Assembly: GCA_013265495.1 (NCBI GenBank)
Contig: MU058636.1
Span: forward strand, 4,375,741 to 4,439,740
Direction of reading: 5' to 3'
DNA length: 64,000 nucleotides
Origin: Vicugna vicugna
Lineage: Eukaryota
Shown here: positions 60,901 through 64,000 of the stretch, in pieces
Layout of the letters: each line of letters opens with the position of its first letter
Numbering within the stretch: the first letter of the stretch is position 1
Program-made: the position numbers and the translations under genes
Notes under the pieces: generated by a model
The model's database searches: none
What the model was told of the DNA's origin: nothing
The model's input: only the letters and a program-made list of their open reading frames with translations

Positions 60901-61475
60901 TCTTTATTGAGTGGCAGTTTATTTATTTTTAATATTTCATATTAGGTTGACTCCCAAATCTGAAGTCAGTTCTAAAATCTGTATGTATCAGAGGAACATA
61001 TTTGCATTTCTAACCCACAAAAAAGGTGGGGAGGGGTTAGCATTGCTTTTGGCAGTAAATCTTCACTCATCTCATTTACTCACCTTCTTTTTTTTAACAA
61101 AGCAGGTTTAGCATGGCAGGTATCCACCAAACATTTGACTCTCACCAGGTCACCTATGGCTCCCCGTGGAAATTTTCCATAAAACAAGCATTGAATAGGA
61201 TTACAAAGATTTCCTCCTGGAGCCCTAACGTTTACAGACTCCACTCACCTGTGAGACTCTAATAATGAGCATAATGCCGGCTCTGACTCCCCAGCGAGAG
61301 GTAAACAGTGTGTATGGGCATAGTTAGCACGCTGTAGGGTTGTAACATCCAGGGATTTGGGGGTTTTTTTGATGAGACATTCCCCTCCAGACACGTTAGT
61401 GGCTTCCCAGAGAGCTTCTTGCAAATAGCTCATGGAAACAGCAAATAATGAACTCAAAAAACGTGTGCTGTGAAT

Positions 61476-61494
61476 TAAACGCCAGAGGGCGCTA
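61476..61494 (+). promoter_or_regulatory. Candidate CTCF binding site
   Basis: TAAACGCCAGAGGGCGCTA fits the core CCRCCAGRGGGCGCTA except the first C; CpGs retained. Confidence 0.55.
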
Positions 61495-63299
61495 GAGTAA
61501 CGTTGTAACGTGCCCCTGCTTTTCCCTTAGCTCCGCTGTTAAAAAATAAAGCCATTAAAATACTGCACTAACTTGCCTTGAACACATTTACACCATTTAC
61601 ACCACACAGCTTTATGATGTGAGTCAAACATTTGTTGTTATTTATTAGTGGTTTCTCAGAAGCAGGTCTTTTCTTCCCACGCTGAAGTTAAGAAAGGAAT
61701 CTTTAACAACCTCTTCTTAGACAGTTTTGTTTTGTTTTTTTAAGGAAAGCACGTTCTTACTCTTCCAAGAATGTGATTCTGTCCTCTCCCAAGAGATAGC
61801 CAAGTGTGTTAAAATGTTTTGTAGTTCTAATCTGCTACGTATTAAAGAAATGAATTATTTCCCAGCCTGCTTTTATAATCATAGAATGTGGTCATTCGAT
61901 CAGTATATGCCTACTGTTGAATTTAAAATAAAACATATGACTGCCTCAGGATAAAGTATCAGTGCTAAAAATTATGAGTAGTTAGAAAATCACACTGGTA
62001 TTTATTCCTAAACAACCAATTTAGTTTAACCAGAAGTTTTTATTTTTCAATGTTAAGCTATTTTGACATTCTAAATAAAGTATTTTTGTTCAACATAACT
62101 TATTTTAAAAGTATAAATTTAGTGCCTAATGTTTATGTGTCTGTGTGCCTAGAATTGCCTTTTAAACCATCCTGCCCTCAAGACTGGGCAGTCTTCTTAA
62201 AGAAATAGAGTATTTTCTCTTGAGAAGTTGTCACATGACAACTTAAATAATCCAAGAGGTAAATACTACACACTGGACATACAAGATTTCACAAATGTGC
62301 ATCAGATAAAATACTGTGTGTTTAAAGGATGGAGATACTACAGGACCAGAGGACTGGGGAGACTCTAGAAGGGGAAGAGCTAGCTGGGCTTGAAGGACGG
62401 GTAGGACTTGGTTAGGCCGGGACCAGGTGACTCTGGCCCAGCTGGAAGGGAGAGCGGGCAGCAATTCGTGTGCAGCAACACATCCTGGTATCTCTTCCTT
62501 CCTCCAAAGAGAGGTCCCAATCCAAAGTGCTAAATGTCATTGGTTTTCTGTTATTGCTTTGTTTTTCATGTTGTGGGTTGGAATTTTTTGGTGGTTGTTT
62601 TTTGTTTGCATTTTGTTTTAGAGTTTGTTTTGTTTATTGTTGTGGTGCCTCTGCGACCAGGAAAAAAAAAATCCCAAATGTCTATAAGATGGCAATTCAT
62701 TCTCCATCCCCAGTGTTCCTGATATTTCTCCTGGCCTTTCATGACTGTCGCAGCCAGATCGGTGTGTGCTGCTGTGAGCCCAGCCAGGCTCCTCAGGATG
62801 GGGTGCTCCATCCTCAGGGTTCCCCCAGCACCCCATCCGGGTATCTTGATGTGCCTGGGAATGGGTCCTCTCCCTCCAGGGACTGAGGGTAGAATTATGC
62901 CCCTATTTCATCTTTGTTGTCCTAATACGCTGTGCACACTGGAGCTTGGTAAATATTTCTTTTATAATTTAAAAATATTTTATTAGTGTAAAGGCATTAT
63001 AAATGCATTGTGGAAAATTAGAAAATACATAGAGCAAAAATATTTCTTGAAAAATAGCATTTTCTCATACAGTTTACTGTTAATATCTTAAAGTATCTGT
63101 CCTTCCAGACTTTTTCCTATATGTGTCTATATTAATCTTTCTATTTATCTATCTACCTACCTATCTAGGTATTTTAAAATCAGATTATATTGTAATACAC
63201 ACTACTTTATAATGCGCACTGTTTTATAGCCTGTTTTTTTCATTTAATAATCCCCGCTTTTCCATGTAAATAAGTATTGATCTTCATATGATTTCTGCC

Positions 63300-63480
63300 A
63301 ACAAACTCACTGCATGCAAATCTTCCTAGAGAGTGCTTGCTAAAATTCATATTCCTAGACCCTAACTTGGGTCTGCAAATTCAGAATCTCCAGGGTTAAG
63401 GCGCTGGAATTTATATTTTGGCAAATGTCTAAATGCCCCAGTCTCAGTCACTGATCTGCAGCGTCATTCTGAGGACCTGA
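63300..63480. mobile_element. MER5-like hAT MITE remnant within old antisense L1 debris
   Basis: gagtgcttgctaaaatt...attcctagaccc...aattcagaatctccaggg...ggaatttatatttt. Confidence 0.6.
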
Positions 63481-64000
63481 ATAGATTTCCAATGTTTAGA
63501 TACACCGCAGTTTATCTAACCAATCTGTCCTGGTTTAATTTTTCATCATCTTGAGCCAGGTGGTCAACATCATTAAGTGATGAGCATGACAGGTTGAGAT
63601 GATAAACATGTTAAATCTCTGTGAACGTCAGCACAGACTCATCTATTAAGTGCTAGTATAAAGAAATTAAGTCTGTGCTCCATATGTTTAGGGGGATCTC
63701 TGGTGTGATCCCAAAGCCACAGGACAGATCACCATAAAATGAGCTGAAGTAAAACTGCTGCAGTGGCCTTTCTTTTCCCCTTTCTTTCTTTATTCTCTCA
63801 TCCATGGGCCACGGGGACATAAATGTGTGTGCCTGTGTGGGTGGCCAGGTGACTTGGGGCCTCATTTTTAGTGCTTTCTCCTCTGGGTGATGTGGACGCA
63901 TTGACCTTTTTGCCTCTGAACCCTTTTGATGGCTGCTGACAGATGCTTTCTTAACACCACGTAACACCACTGATTAAGTTATAATCAGACAGCTCTGCCC

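Larger units (their letters stand above)
2334..64000 (+). other. Probable long first intron of the + strand gene (continues beyond the window; small non-coding exons not excluded)
   Basis: No recognisable host coding exon; repeat-rich; all recognised LTRs are antisense, as typical of introns. Confidence 0.55.

Overview
Mammalian genomic DNA, most likely camelid (camel/alpaca). The SINEs are tRNA-Ala-headed Vic-1-type, and I saw no Alu, Bov-A/BovB, CHR, PRE or CanSINE copies. A CpG-island promoter (~1850-2900) carries an NF-Y CCAAT box, Sp1 GC boxes, a (GGC)9 repeat, a 14-codon ATG uORF and a probable + strand first exon ending at 2333. It is followed by ~61.6 kb that looks like the first intron of a large + strand gene. 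I found no convincing host coding exon and cannot name the gene. The only recognisable protein in the ORF track is the C-terminal part of L1 ORF2 (37262-38337), in a young 5'-truncated L1. The rest is interspersed repeats (older L1s, L2, MIR, three ERV1-type solo LTRs with 4-bp TSDs, ERVL/MaLR LTRs, Tigger/MER2/Kanga/hAT DNA transposons) and microsatellites. I found no evidence for a new multi-gene system. The best oddities are retrotransposition structures: a composite non-TE/L1 insertion with a perfect 13-bp TSD, a twin-primed inverted L1, a poly(A)-only insertion and an orphan polyadenylated fragment. There is also a possible GUG-initiated poly-Gly uORF. Subfamily names come from recalled consensus sequences, and boundaries of old repeats are approximate.
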